Positions 39,431 through 49,420 of a DNA stretch of 64,000 nt are shown piece by piece. The stretch covers positions 645 to 64,644 of the forward strand of contig JAQXEE010000157.1 in assembly GCA_029251005.1 (NCBI GenBank). Direction: 5' to 3'. The notes beneath the pieces are model-generated. The model ran no database searches, was not told the DNA's origin, and saw only the letters and a program-made list of their open reading frames with translations. Within the stretch, counting starts at the first letter, position 1. Each line of letters opens with the position of its first letter. This DNA is from Flavobacteriales bacterium. Its GTDB lineage: Bacteria; Bacteroidota; Bacteroidia; Flavobacteriales_C; GCA-002722245. The translations under genes were made by a program, and so were the position numbers.

Positions 39431-41077
39431 ATGGAAGAAGAAAGATCATTAAACTTTATCGAACAAATAATTCAGGGTGATTTATCATCAGGTAAACACC
39501 AAAATATCTACACACGATTCCCACCAGAACCAAATGGATATTTGCATATTGGGCATGCAAAAGCAATTTGCTTAAACTTTGGTTTAGGTGAGCAATATAA
39601 AGGAAAAGTTAACCTCCGTTTTGATGATACGAATCCAACTGCAGAAAAGCAAGAATACGTTGACGCAATTAAGGAGAATATTGAATGGTTGGGTTTTAAT
39701 TGGGAAAAGGAATTACATACTTCAGATCATTTTGACCAGCTTTACGCTTATGCAGTTCAGTTGATTAAACAAGGTGATGCTTATGTTTGTGAACAATCAG
39801 CCGAAGAGATTGCTGCGTATAAGGGGAATCACTCTGAGCCAGGTAAACCAAGTCCATTTAGAGATCGTTCGGTTGAAGAAAATCTAGCTGCATTTGAAAA
39901 AATGAAAGCTGGAGAAGTTGAAGAGGGAAAAATGATATTGAGAGCTAAAATTGATATGGCTCATGATAACATGCATATGCGTGATCCGTTGATGTACAGA
40001 ATTATTAAAAAAGATCACCACAGGACTGGGGATAAGTGGTGTATTTACCCAATTTACGATTACGCTCACGGTGTAAGTGATGCTATTGAGGGGATTACAC
40101 ATTCGGTTTGTACGTTAGAATTTGAAGTTCATCGTCCGTTATATGATTGGTTTAACAGTAAGTTAAACACAGCTGCTCAGCCTCAACAAATCGAAATGGC
40201 TAGATTAAATATCTCGAATTCTGTAACAAGTAAGCGTAAGGTGAAGAGATTAATTGATGAGGGTGTTGTTGACGGATGGGATGACCCTAGGTTAACAACT
40301 TTGGCGGGGATTAGAAGAAGAGGAATTCCCGCGCAAGCAATTAGAGATTTGGCTGAAGGAATTGGTGTTTCGAAAAGAAACTCAATTACTGAAATGTCGA
40401 GATTAGATTTTTATACGCGTCAGTTTTTAAATAAATCAGCGAATAGAGTAATGGCTGTTTTGGATCCTTTAAAAGTAACGATCACAAATTACGAGGAAGG
40501 GAAAGAGGAGATGTGTGACGCTAAAAATAATCCTGAAGATGAATCTGCAGGATTGCGCCAAATGCCTTTATGTAGAGACTTATATATTGAACGCGCGGAT
40601 TTCATGGAAGATGCCCCAAAGAAGTTTTTCCGATTAACAAATGGGAAAGAAGTTCGTTTCAAACATGGGTATTATATTACTTGTAATGAAGTAATAAAAG
40701 ATGCTGAAGGTAATATTACAGAGTTATTGTGTACTTACGACCCAACTACAAAGGGAGGTTGGAGTGATGACGGAAGAAAAATTAAAGGAACAATCCATTG
40801 GGTTAGCGCTAAGCATGCGTTAAAGGCTAAGATTAACCTTTATGAAGGGTTGTTTAATTCTGAGAATCCTGAAGAAGGAGGAAGAGATTTTATGGATGAT
40901 ATTAATCCAAATTCTTTGGACGTAATTGAAGCCTTTGTTGAACCGTCTGTAAAAACTTTAACACCAGGAACTACAGTTCAATTTGATAGAACTGGTTACT
41001 TCTGTATTGATAAAGATTCAACACCTGATAATATCATTTTAAATAGAACAGTTACTTTAAAAGCTAAAAAGAAGTAA
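39431..41077 (+). CDS. glnS: Glutamine--tRNA ligase
   Basis: RFPPEPNGYLHIGH, SKRK, WDDPRL. Confidence 0.96.
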   Translation: MEEERSLNFIEQIIQGDLSSGKHQNIYTRFPPEPNGYLHIGHAKAICLNFGLGEQYKGKVNLRFDDTNPTAEKQEYVDAIKENIEWLGFNWEKELHTSDHFDQLYAYAVQLIKQGDAYVCEQSAEEIAAYKGNHSEPGKPSPFRDRSVEENLAAFEKMKAGEVEEGKMILRAKIDMAHDNMHMRDPLMYRIIKKDHHRTGDKWCIYPIYDYAHGVSDAIEGITHSVCTLEFEVHRPLYDWFNSKLNTAAQPQQIEMARLNISNSVTSKRKVKRLIDEGVVDGWDDPRLTTLAGIRRRGIPAQAIRDLAEGIGVSKRNSITEMSRLDFYTRQFLNKSANRVMAVLDPLKVTITNYEEGKEEMCDAKNNPEDESAGLRQMPLCRDLYIERADFMEDAPKKFFRLTNGKEVRFKHGYYITCNEVIKDAEGNITELLCTYDPTTKGGWSDDGRKIKGTIHWVSAKHALKAKINLYEGLFNSENPEEGGRDFMDDINPNSLDVIEAFVEPSVKTLTPGTTVQFDRTGYFCIDKDSTPDNIILNRTVTLKAKKK

Positions 41078-41427
41078 TGAGCACGATTTGTATAAATAAC
41101 TTAAAAGTATATGCTTACCATGGAGTTTTTGAAGTGGAGCGTAAAGTTGGACAATGGTATATCGTTAATTTAGAAGTAGACGTAGAGTTTACCGAAGCTG
41201 CGATTAAGGATACTATTGAAGGGACTGTTGATTATTCTAAATTAAGCGATATGATTCGTGATGAAATGAAGACTAAATCAAAGTTAATTGAGAATGTGGC
41301 ACATAGAATTGCTACAAGATTATTGCGTGAGTTTCCTCAAGTGGAATCGGGAACTTTATCGTTAGCTAAACAAAACCCACCTATTCAAGGGGAAATGGAG
41401 AGTTTTGAAGTGGTGATTGAGTTGTAG
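41077..41427 (+). CDS. folB: Dihydroneopterin aldolase
   Basis: YAYHGV..E, TVDY, LIE. Confidence 0.92.
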   Translation: MSTICINNLKVYAYHGVFEVERKVGQWYIVNLEVDVEFTEAAIKDTIEGTVDYSKLSDMIRDEMKTKSKLIENVAHRIATRLLREFPQVESGTLSLAKQNPPIQGEMESFEVVIEL

Positions 41428-41601
41428 TATTTATTGTGTTTTTATTCTGATATTTGATTTTTTAGACTTGATTTTTCTCTTTTAATTCAATACTCAATCT
41501 TGAATTAAAATCAAAAGTTGCACTGTATCAAAAAAATAACAGGCAAACAGGATATTCCAACTGTAAAATACTTCGCTAAAAATGAGGAGGTCAACTCTTA
41601 A

Positions 41602-42933
41602 TTAAGCAAGTAAATCTTCAATCGCTTTCTCAATTTTAGAACTATCAATCTTAGCAAAGTTCTCATCCATTTTTGCCTTGATGTTCTCAGTGCAAAGATT
41701 TCCGATTGATCCTTCGTGCGTATGATTCACTTCTTTATTAGGAGTGAAATTCCCTGCTTCTATTTCTAAACCAACTTGTTTGTATGACTCACGGAAGGGA
41801 GTTCCTTCTAAAACACGCTTATTTACTTCTTCAACACTAAACAAATAATCGTATTTTTTGTCATCTAAAATGTTTTTATTTACGGAGATATTAGGAACCA
41901 TTAACAAAGCTATTTCTAAACAGGCTTTGATTTCTTTAAAAGCATAAATATACTTTTCTTTCAATAATTGTAAATCGCGGAAATAGCCAGTAGTCAAATT
42001 ACCCATTATTGCTGCTAATTCTCCCGGAATAGCTTGTAGCTTATTACATTTACCACGCATTAATTCAAATACATCTGGGTTCTTCTTGTGTGGCATAATG
42101 CTCGATCCAGTTGTAAATTCATTGGGTACTTTAATGAAGTCGAAATTTTGACTCATGTACATACATGAATCTGCAGCAAATTTCATCAATGTAGTAGCCA
42201 AAGCGCTAATTGCATAAGCGACAGTACGTTCAGTTTTTCCACGTGTCATTTGAGCATAAACAACATTATAATGTAAGTCTTCAAAACCTAATAATTCAGT
42301 AGTTCTTGATCGGTTGATAGGAAATGAGGATCCATAACCAGCAGCAGAACCTAATGGGTTTTGATTTGTGAAACGGAAAGCTGTTGCTAGTAAGTCCATA
42401 TCGTCCGCTAATGATTCAGCATGAGCGCCAAACCATAAACCAAAAGAAGAAGGCATTGCAACTTGTAAATGCGTATATCCAGGAACTAAAACATTTTTAT
42501 TTGCTTCACTTTGATCTTGGAAAGCTTCGAATAATTTTTTGGTAAGATTTGAAATTTGAATTATTTCACTTCTACCGTATAATTTTAGATCTACCAAAAC
42601 TTGATCATTTCTTGATCGAGCACTGTGAACCTTTTTACCAATATCACCTAGGCGCTCAGTAAGTAATGCCTCAACTTGTGAATGAACATCTTCCGTTCCT
42701 GGAAGGATCTCAAAAGAACCGTCTTGAGTCGATTTATAAATTTCGCCCAGCTCTTTTTTAAGTGCAGGAAGTTCTTCTTTCTCTAACAAACCAACTTCGG
42801 TAAGCATAGTCACATGCGCTATATTTCCTAATACATCAAAAGGTGCAAGGTGCATATCTAATTCGGCATCGTTTCCAATTGTAAAGTCTTCAATTGCTTT
42901 ATCAACATTAAACCCTTTGTCCCAAAGTTTCAT
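41602..42933 (-). CDS. argH: Argininosuccinate lyase
   Basis: RSRNDQV, GSSIMPHKKNPD. Confidence 0.95.
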   Translation of the reverse strand: MKLWDKGFNVDKAIEDFTIGNDAELDMHLAPFDVLGNIAHVTMLTEVGLLEKEELPALKKELGEIYKSTQDGSFEILPGTEDVHSQVEALLTERLGDIGKKVHSARSRNDQVLVDLKLYGRSEIIQISNLTKKLFEAFQDQSEANKNVLVPGYTHLQVAMPSSFGLWFGAHAESLADDMDLLATAFRFTNQNPLGSAAGYGSSFPINRSRTTELLGFEDLHYNVVYAQMTRGKTERTVAYAISALATTLMKFAADSCMYMSQNFDFIKVPNEFTTGSSIMPHKKNPDVFELMRGKCNKLQAIPGELAAIMGNLTTGYFRDLQLLKEKYIYAFKEIKACLEIALLMVPNISVNKNILDDKKYDYLFSVEEVNKRVLEGTPFRESYKQVGLEIEAGNFTPNKEVNHTHEGSIGNLCTENIKAKMDENFAKIDSSKIEKAIEDLLA

Positions 42934-42952
42934 AATAGTATGTTTTGAAATG

Positions 42953-42960
42953 CAAAAATA
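42953..42960 (-). promoter_or_regulatory. -7 promoter element for argH
   Basis: Reverse complement is TATTTTTG(CA). Confidence 0.5.
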
Positions 42961-42986
42961 ATTAAATCTATGCGGAAATCCTTCCT

Positions 42987-44177
42987 TTACTTAATTCTTC
43001 GAATAGGAATTAAGGAAGCTAAAGCTCCAATAGTATTAATTACCATTACAATAATTAGTATATCTCTGATCTGAAGATCAACAGGAAAGCAATCTAGCCC
43101 ACTAGTTGTACCGTATGCAAATAAGCAAAAATTATTTTGTAATATGATTAGTGTAACCCCAATTGCTAAACCAAGTAATGAACCAATTACAGAAATTAAA
43201 CTTCCTTCTAACCAAAAGATAAATCGAATTTGTTTAAGGTTTGCACCCATGCTTTGTAAAACAAAAATATCTTTTTGTTTATCGATTACGAGCATAGTTA
43301 AAGAACCGATTACATTAAATATAGCAAGTACAATAACTAACGATAAAATGAGAAGAGTTATCCATTTTTCGGCATTAATAGACTTAAAAAGGAATTCATT
43401 TTGCTCAAACCTTGTTTTAACTTTGAATTTTTCACCTACTAATGTTTGAATTTCTTTTTTTATCGTAGTTGGATCAAGTAGGGTGTCGATTCCGATTTCA
43501 ATTGAATTTATATTATTTTCGATTCCTAATAATTTTCTAGCTTGATCAATGGAGACAATAATATACTTGCTATTAAAATCTCCATTGATATCAAAAATTC
43601 CTCTTGGGTAAGTTGTAATCGACCGAAACAATTCTGAAGGTCCCGATGAATTTCCAATTAAGTTGGGAATGTAAATTCTTAATGGCAAATTTGAATCGGT
43701 AATAACACCTAGTTTATAGGCAATGTTAATTCCCAAGACACTTTCGTTTGGTCCTCCAACAAATGGACCGTAGTATCCTTCGATAATTTTGGTATCTATG
43801 TTCGTTATTTTTTGAAAATGATTTGAAACGCCTTTTATTGTCGCAACCTCTTGGTTGTCTTTGTATTTTAAAAGAGCAGTTTCTTCTAGCGAATAGGACA
43901 GTCCTCTTACACCGTCGTAGTTCTCTAAAAGAGATAGTGGGATTTGATCAGGAGAAAACCGTCTTCCGTTTTTTGATTCAATCTTTAAATCAGGATCAAA
44001 ATTGGTGTAAAGATCCATCACTGAAGATGATAAACCATTCATAGCCGAAAGAATAACTACCAAAGCGCACGCAACAATTCCAACTACCGATACAGAGATC
44101 CAAGTAATCCAATTAATTACATTATTTTTTTTTCGTGAAAAAAGATAACGAAGCGCTATTGTTAGTGAAAACCTCAA
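42987..44177 (-). CDS. LolC/E-like (FtsX-family) ABC transporter permease
   Basis: IALRYLFS, SAMNG, MacB-type periplasmic domain, LQSMGA; TTG start. Confidence 0.85.
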   Translation of the reverse strand: MRFSLTIALRYLFSRKKNNVINWITWISVSVVGIVACALVVILSAMNGLSSSVMDLYTNFDPDLKIESKNGRRFSPDQIPLSLLENYDGVRGLSYSLEETALLKYKDNQEVATIKGVSNHFQKITNIDTKIIEGYYGPFVGGPNESVLGINIAYKLGVITDSNLPLRIYIPNLIGNSSGPSELFRSITTYPRGIFDINGDFNSKYIIVSIDQARKLLGIENNINSIEIGIDTLLDPTTIKKEIQTLVGEKFKVKTRFEQNEFLFKSINAEKWITLLILSLVIVLAIFNVIGSLTMLVIDKQKDIFVLQSMGANLKQIRFIFWLEGSLISVIGSLLGLAIGVTLIILQNNFCLFAYGTTSGLDCFPVDLQIRDILIIVMVINTIGALASLIPIRRIK

Positions 44178-44178
44178 G

Positions 44179-44514
44179 TTATTCTTTCAAAAGCTTATCT
44201 ATTTCTTCGTAGTAATCTAAGGAATCATCGATAAAAAATTGAAAAGAAGGAACCTTTCTCATCTGGTGTCTAACTTTTTTAGCGATTATATGTCTTATTT
44301 CTCTTGTTTGACTTTGTATTAATTTTAAAGACTCTTGTGAATTATTTCCAAAAATACTAAGGTGCACTTTAGCGTAAGATAAGTCACTAGTAACTTTTAC
44401 AGAGGTAACTGTTATAAAGGCTCCTCCAAACATAGTTTTTGCTTCACGCTGAAATAATGTTGCTAAATCTTGCTTTAAAACATTACCAATTTTTTCTTGT
44501 CTTCTACCTTCCAT
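44179..44514 (-). CDS. rbfA: Ribosome-binding factor A
   Basis: VTSVKVTSDLSYAKV, RKVPSFQFFIDDS. Confidence 0.95.
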   Translation of the reverse strand: MEGRRQEKIGNVLKQDLATLFQREAKTMFGGAFITVTSVKVTSDLSYAKVHLSIFGNNSQESLKLIQSQTREIRHIIAKKVRHQMRKVPSFQFFIDDSLDYYEEIDKLLKE

Positions 44515-44542
44515 ATTGTGCTTGGGGAATTATTAGTAAATG

Positions 44543-44550
44543 CAAAGTTA
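44543..44550 (-). promoter_or_regulatory. -7 promoter element for rbfA
   Basis: Reverse complement is TAACTTTG(CA). Confidence 0.6.
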
Positions 44551-44601
44551 ACAATGTGATTTTTAACTTCACATACGAATACCAAACTTACACCGTTTAT
44601 G

Positions 44602-44609
44602 TATCTTTG
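44602..44609 (+). promoter_or_regulatory. -7 promoter element for the exbB cluster
   Basis: TATCTTTG(CA). Confidence 0.6.
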
Positions 44610-44688
44610 CAATATATAAATAAAAATAATTCTTTAATTTGGTCGTTGGAAATTAAATGCGACCAATAATTAATAAAGTAGATAAAAA

Positions 44689-45489
44689 ATGAAAAAAATT
44701 ATTTCAACTTTAACGCTTTCGTTAACCTTAATTTTAGGTTTAGTAAGCACAAATTCAGTTTATGCGAACGCTGATTCGGCAACTGCGGAAATTACTACTC
44801 AAGTGTCAAGTGTAGTTCAAACACCCGAAACAAAAGAAGACATAGAAGGCGGTCAAGCGCCTTCATTTACCCAAGTGGTAAAGAAAAGATTTATAGAAGG
44901 TGGAGTTAACTTTATGATTATGGTTTTAGCCTGTTTAATCCTAGGGATTGCAACTGCTATTGAAAGGATTATTTACTTGAGTTTATCAAATGTTAATACT
45001 AAGAAAGTTTTACAACAAGTTGAAGAAGCTTTAAATACAAGTGGTGTTGAAGGGGCTAAAGAAGTTTGTAGAAATACTAGAGGACCAGTTGGTGCTATTT
45101 TTTATGACGGTTTAACAAGAGCTGATGAAGGGGTTGAGCAAGTTGAAAAAGCAGTGATTGCAGGTGGATCTGTACAAATGGGATTAATGGAAAAAGGGAT
45201 TTCTTGGATTTCATTATTTATAGCATTGGCACCGATGTTAGGGTTTTTAGGAACTGTACTGGGTATGATTGGAGCGTTTGATTCCATAGCTGAAGCTGGT
45301 GGTATTGAGGCGTCGGCAATGGCAGGCGATATTAAAATGGCTTTAATTACTACTGTTGCAGGTTTAATTGTAGCGATTATCCTTCAAGTATTCTATAACG
45401 TAGTTGTTGCTAAAATCGACAATTTGGTAAACCAAATGGAAGACGCGTCAAATGCATTTATAAAGGTTGTTCAAAATAAAATTGGTTAA
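44689..45489 (+). CDS. exbB: MotA/TolQ/ExbB proton channel protein
   Basis: APMLGFLGTV.GMI.AF, ALITTVAGL. Confidence 0.9.
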   Translation: MKKIISTLTLSLTLILGLVSTNSVYANADSATAEITTQVSSVVQTPETKEDIEGGQAPSFTQVVKKRFIEGGVNFMIMVLACLILGIATAIERIIYLSLSNVNTKKVLQQVEEALNTSGVEGAKEVCRNTRGPVGAIFYDGLTRADEGVEQVEKAVIAGGSVQMGLMEKGISWISLFIALAPMLGFLGTVLGMIGAFDSIAEAGGIEASAMAGDIKMALITTVAGLIVAIILQVFYNVVVAKIDNLVNQMEDASNAFIKVVQNKIG

Positions 45490-45509
45490 TCCAATCTGAT
45501 ATTTTCGTT

Positions 45510-45905
45510 ATGGAAAACACACTAAAAATTGGAAAATACTCTCTGATCGGAATCGTTTGGTTGTTTATTATTTTGACCTTGACAGGTTCTATTGATGAAA
45601 TGACTTTAATTCAATTCTCATTGGTATTATGTTATGCGATCGCTATAATTACTATTGGTTTTGCTATTTTTAATTTCGCAGAAAATCCAAGGTCGGGTAT
45701 TAAATTCATCATTAGTTTTTTATCATTGGGCCTTATTATATTCATTGGTTATAGTGCTTCTACAGATTCTTTTGACCCTGAAACAGGAGCATTAATAGCA
45801 GGAAGTAAATTTACTGAGGGAGGAATATATACTTTCTATACGGTTACGATTATAGCAGTGGTTTTGATTTTCTTGTCTGAAATAAAAAGGTTGTTAAAAC
45901 TATAA
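45510..45905 (+). CDS. Small four-TM membrane protein in the exbB/exbD cluster
   Basis: Four hydrophobic segments, NP motif. Confidence 0.75.
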   Translation: MENTLKIGKYSLIGIVWLFIILTLTGSIDEMTLIQFSLVLCYAIAIITIGFAIFNFAENPRSGIKFIISFLSLGLIIFIGYSASTDSFDPETGALIAGSKFTEGGIYTFYTVTIIAVVLIFLSEIKRLLKL

Positions 45906-45908
45906 GGA

Positions 45909-46589
45909 ATGGGAAGAAGACAATCACCAGAAGTTAATGCAGGATCGATGGCTGATATAGCCTTTCTTTTACTTATTTTCTTTTTAGTTACTTCAGAGAT
46001 GAGTAAGGAGGCTGGTATGTTTCAATTACTTCCTGAAAAAACTACAGATTCAACACCTCCAAAAAAAATTAATGAGCGAAATATTATTAATGTCTTAGCT
46101 CGTGAAAACGATGAATTAATGTTCGATGGAGAGTCCGTATCACTAAATCAGATTAAAGAATTGATTAAAGAACGAATCCTGAATGAGGGTAACAATTCTA
46201 ACTGGCCCGAGAATAAGGTAGCGGATCTTAACAAGATTAAAGAAAGAATTGCGATTAATCGAAAGAACTTAGAGGAAACCACTATTGAAAAACAAGTCTC
46301 TAATGAACGTAAGCTTAAAAAGGCAGAGTTAAGACTGAAAGCTTTTGAGTTGTTTGGAAATGATTTTAAAACATCTGAACATGTTATCAATTTACAAGCA
46401 ACCCAAGGAGCAGATTATCAGACTTATATTTCTTTAAAAGATGAGTTAAAGCAAGCTTATACTGAGTTGAGAAGTGAGTTAGCAAAAAAGAAGTTGGGTA
46501 GAGGTTGGAATGACTTAAACTTAGAAGAAAAAGGAATGTTGAAAATGGTGTACAAGGAAAATATTTCTGAAGCTCCAGTTGTTCAATAA
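45909..46589 (+). CDS. exbD: ExbD/TolR family protein
   Basis: EVNAGSMADIAFLLLIFFLV. Confidence 0.88.
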   Translation: MGRRQSPEVNAGSMADIAFLLLIFFLVTSEMSKEAGMFQLLPEKTTDSTPPKKINERNIINVLARENDELMFDGESVSLNQIKELIKERILNEGNNSNWPENKVADLNKIKERIAINRKNLEETTIEKQVSNERKLKKAELRLKAFELFGNDFKTSEHVINLQATQGADYQTYISLKDELKQAYTELRSELAKKKLGRGWNDLNLEEKGMLKMVYKENISEAPVVQ

Positions 46590-46604
46590 AAAGAGATAAT
46601 TGAT

Positions 46605-47105
46605 ATGTCAAAATTTGACGGAGGTAAAAAGAAAAAAGATGGCCCAGCTATATCAACAGCATCCTTACCGGATATTGTATTTATGTTGTTGTTCTTTTTT
46701 ATGGTTGCTACAAACTCAAAAGATAATGAGGCCAGTGTGATGGTTTCATTACCAAGTGCTGTAGAAACAGGTAAATTAGAAGATAAGACTCCTACGGCGT
46801 ATATTCAGTTGGGAATCCCTGTAAAAGCGATGCAAAAAATTTATGGGGATAAAACGGCTATTCAGTTGAATGATGCCATTAAAAGAAAGGAAGATATTCG
46901 GTTGTTTTTAGATGAGAAACGTGCAAGTATAAAAAGCACCTATGCAGAGGTAAGTCCCGAAATCGGAGTGTCTAAAGCAAAGCAAATGATTGTGTGTTTA
47001 AAGGTGGATAAAAAGACTAAACTTGGTGTTGTGAGTGAAGTTAAAGAGGAGTTAAGAGATGGAGCAGCATTAAAAATTAATTACATAGTAAACGAAACAA
47101 AATAA
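46605..47105 (+). CDS. exbD: ExbD/TolR family protein
   Basis: ISTASLPDIVFMLLFFFMV. Confidence 0.88.
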   Translation: MSKFDGGKKKKDGPAISTASLPDIVFMLLFFFMVATNSKDNEASVMVSLPSAVETGKLEDKTPTAYIQLGIPVKAMQKIYGDKTAIQLNDAIKRKEDIRLFLDEKRASIKSTYAEVSPEIGVSKAKQMIVCLKVDKKTKLGVVSEVKEELRDGAALKINYIVNETK

Positions 47106-47132
47106 TAAACAACTTTTGTTCAGAATATCCGT

Positions 47133-47164
47133 AAGCCATTTCTCGTAAAAGAAGTGGCTTTTTT
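47133..47164 (+). terminator. Intrinsic terminator
   Basis: aagccatttct/agaagtggctt stem plus T run. Confidence 0.75.
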
Positions 47165-47202
47165 ATTTCATGTCTTTTTTACTCCTTAAAGTATAATTTT
47201 AG

Positions 47203-47883
47203 ATGTCGATAATTCTTGATCAAGTAGCATTAGTGGGAAGAACTTACAATGAGTATAAGCGAATGTTTGATGTTACAAAAGACTCTTTGGAAGGAAAAAA
47301 AGTTTTGGATGTTGCTGCTGGAGTTAGTAGTTTTTGTGCAATTGGAAATGCAGTTGGATTAAATATCACAGCAGTTGATCCTGCTTACTATTATATGGCA
47401 GATGAAATAGAAATTAAAGCTGAAGAAGATTTAGATACACTATTAACTAAATTAGCCTTTAACAAAGCACATTACAATTGGGATTTTTATCACGATATTG
47501 AAGGAGTTCGAATTAGTAGATTTAAAGCATACCAAACCTTTTTGAAGGATTATCAGTCCAATCCTTCTCGTTATATTCCAGGTGAAGTTAGTAAGCTACC
47601 TTTTGAAGATAAGGAGTTTGACACTACTTTAGTTTCGCATCTAATGTTTTTATATGACCACCTTTTTACTGAAGAAGAACAAATAGCAATTTTTAGAGAA
47701 TTGATTCGTGTTACAAAAAATGAAATAATCATTTTTCCAACCAAAAACTTGAGTGGTCAAAACTCTAAATGGGTTGATCTTATCGTTAAAAACACTGAGT
47801 TTTTAGAGCATACTTTCCGATTGGAAGAGGCACAATTCGAATTTCAAAAAGGAAATTCTTTAAGACTAAGAGTTACAGTTTAG
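47203..47883 (+). CDS. Class I SAM-dependent methyltransferase
   Basis: VLDVAAGVSSF, LPFEDKEFD, SHLMFLY. Confidence 0.8.
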   Translation: MSIILDQVALVGRTYNEYKRMFDVTKDSLEGKKVLDVAAGVSSFCAIGNAVGLNITAVDPAYYYMADEIEIKAEEDLDTLLTKLAFNKAHYNWDFYHDIEGVRISRFKAYQTFLKDYQSNPSRYIPGEVSKLPFEDKEFDTTLVSHLMFLYDHLFTEEEQIAIFRELIRVTKNEIIIFPTKNLSGQNSKWVDLIVKNTEFLEHTFRLEEAQFEFQKGNSLRLRVTV

Positions 47884-47985
47884 CAATCTTATTTTAACCT
47901 TCAACAACAATAAGTGAATATTCTAAAGAGTTTATATACTAATCGAAATCTATAATCGCTTATTTTTAAGCTACAATCTTTAGGT

Positions 47986-48843
47986 ATGAGCAATTTTTCA
48001 GAAATTATTAGTCAATTACGGAATAATCAAGAAGCATTTGAGGCTAAATTGTCCAAGGTAGAAGATTTAGGAGCGAACGTTAGTGAGACTGTATTAAGGG
48101 ATTTAATTCAAAACTCGCGTGAATTACACGAAGGAACTGTAATTCTTTCTTACGTCGTTTTTAACGAGTCTAATAATACTGGTGAACAACTAGAAATTCC
48201 TTTAGAATTAGCTGAAAAAGAGTCTTCATTACCTAAACAAGAAAGTGTTTCAGAAGAGGAGGAGTTAATGAATGCTTTGGATCAAGCTTTGGAACACACT
48301 GAAAAAGATGTTGAAAAATCACAAATTTCATCAGAGTTCATATCGCATATTAAAGAAGTGAGAGAGATTATTAACGAAGAGGAAGGTGAGGGGCTTGCAG
48401 AGGAAGAAGTTGCTGAAGAGGCGATGTTAACCGAATCCGAAATTATTGAAGAAACTAAAGTTAGTGTTGAAGAGGAATCCCCTTCTCAAGAGCAATTAAC
48501 AGATGTATTGGAAGATGAGATATTGTCAATGATTTCAATGCATTCTAGTATCGCTTCAAGTGAGGTGGATGATGAGGATAATAGTTTAGCTGCAAAATTG
48601 GCAAAAACGAAAATAGAGAACTTAAATAGTGTAATTGGAATAAACGAGAAGTTTTTATTTACAAATGAATTATTTGATGGGAATACAGAGCAGTTTTTGA
48701 AAACCATCAGTGATTTAAATAATTGTGAATCTATCTCAGAAGCAAATTCTAAATTAGCTGGAATCTCAACCAAAAGAAATTGGAATCAAGAAGAAGAGCC
48801 ATTTCAGAAATTTCAATTGTTACTGCATAGAAAATATCAATAA
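47986..48843 (+). CDS. Acidic hypothetical protein with an ordered C-terminal domain
   Basis: Glu-rich middle; C-terminal IGINEKFLFTNELFDG. Confidence 0.7.
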   Translation: MSNFSEIISQLRNNQEAFEAKLSKVEDLGANVSETVLRDLIQNSRELHEGTVILSYVVFNESNNTGEQLEIPLELAEKESSLPKQESVSEEEELMNALDQALEHTEKDVEKSQISSEFISHIKEVREIINEEEGEGLAEEEVAEEAMLTESEIIEETKVSVEEESPSQEQLTDVLEDEILSMISMHSSIASSEVDDEDNSLAAKLAKTKIENLNSVIGINEKFLFTNELFDGNTEQFLKTISDLNNCESISEANSKLAGISTKRNWNQEEEPFQKFQLLLHRKYQ

Positions 48844-48857
48844 TATTAAATTTCACC

Positions 48858-49418
48858 ATGAATCAAGGAGTTAAAAAAGGGTCGATAGAAGTTATTACTG
48901 GGCCCATGTTTTCGGGTAAAACTGAAGAATTAATAAGAAGAGTGTCTCGTGCTGAAATAGCAAAAATCCCGTACATGTTATTCAAGCCGATGTTTGATAC
49001 ACGGTACTCAGAAACTGAGATTGTTTCACACGATAATAAAAGAATTGGAGCCAAGCCTGTGATGGACGCAAAGGAGATTTTAGGATTGTCAATTGATGCC
49101 GATATCGTTGGTATTGATGAAGCACAGTTTTTTAGTCCTGAGTTAGTTGAAACTTGTGTGAAGTTAGCCAATGGAGGAGTAAGGGTTATTGTTGCTGGAT
49201 TAGATATGGATTATTTGTCTAAACCATTTCAACCGATACCAAACTTATTAGGAGTTGCTGATAAGGTTACCAAATTAAAAGCAATTTGTATTGAATGCAA
49301 AGGTGATGCGAGTTTAACGCATAGAATTAACATTACAGCAGAGGAAAGATTAATGCTTGGGGAAAAAGATTCTTACGAACCACTTTGCCGTTCTTGTTAT
49401 ACAAAGTATCTTAAGTAA
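48858..49418 (+). CDS. tdk: Thymidine kinase
   Basis: [14 protein letters not shown], CxxC and YEPLCRSC. Confidence 0.95.
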   Translation: MNQGVKKGSIEVITGPMFSGKTEELIRRVSRAEIAKIPYMLFKPMFDTRYSETEIVSHDNKRIGAKPVMDAKEILGLSIDADIVGIDEAQFFSPELVETCVKLANGGVRVIVAGLDMDYLSKPFQPIPNLLGVADKVTKLKAICIECKGDASLTHRINITAEERLMLGEKDSYEPLCRSCYTKYLK

Positions 49419-49420
49419 TA

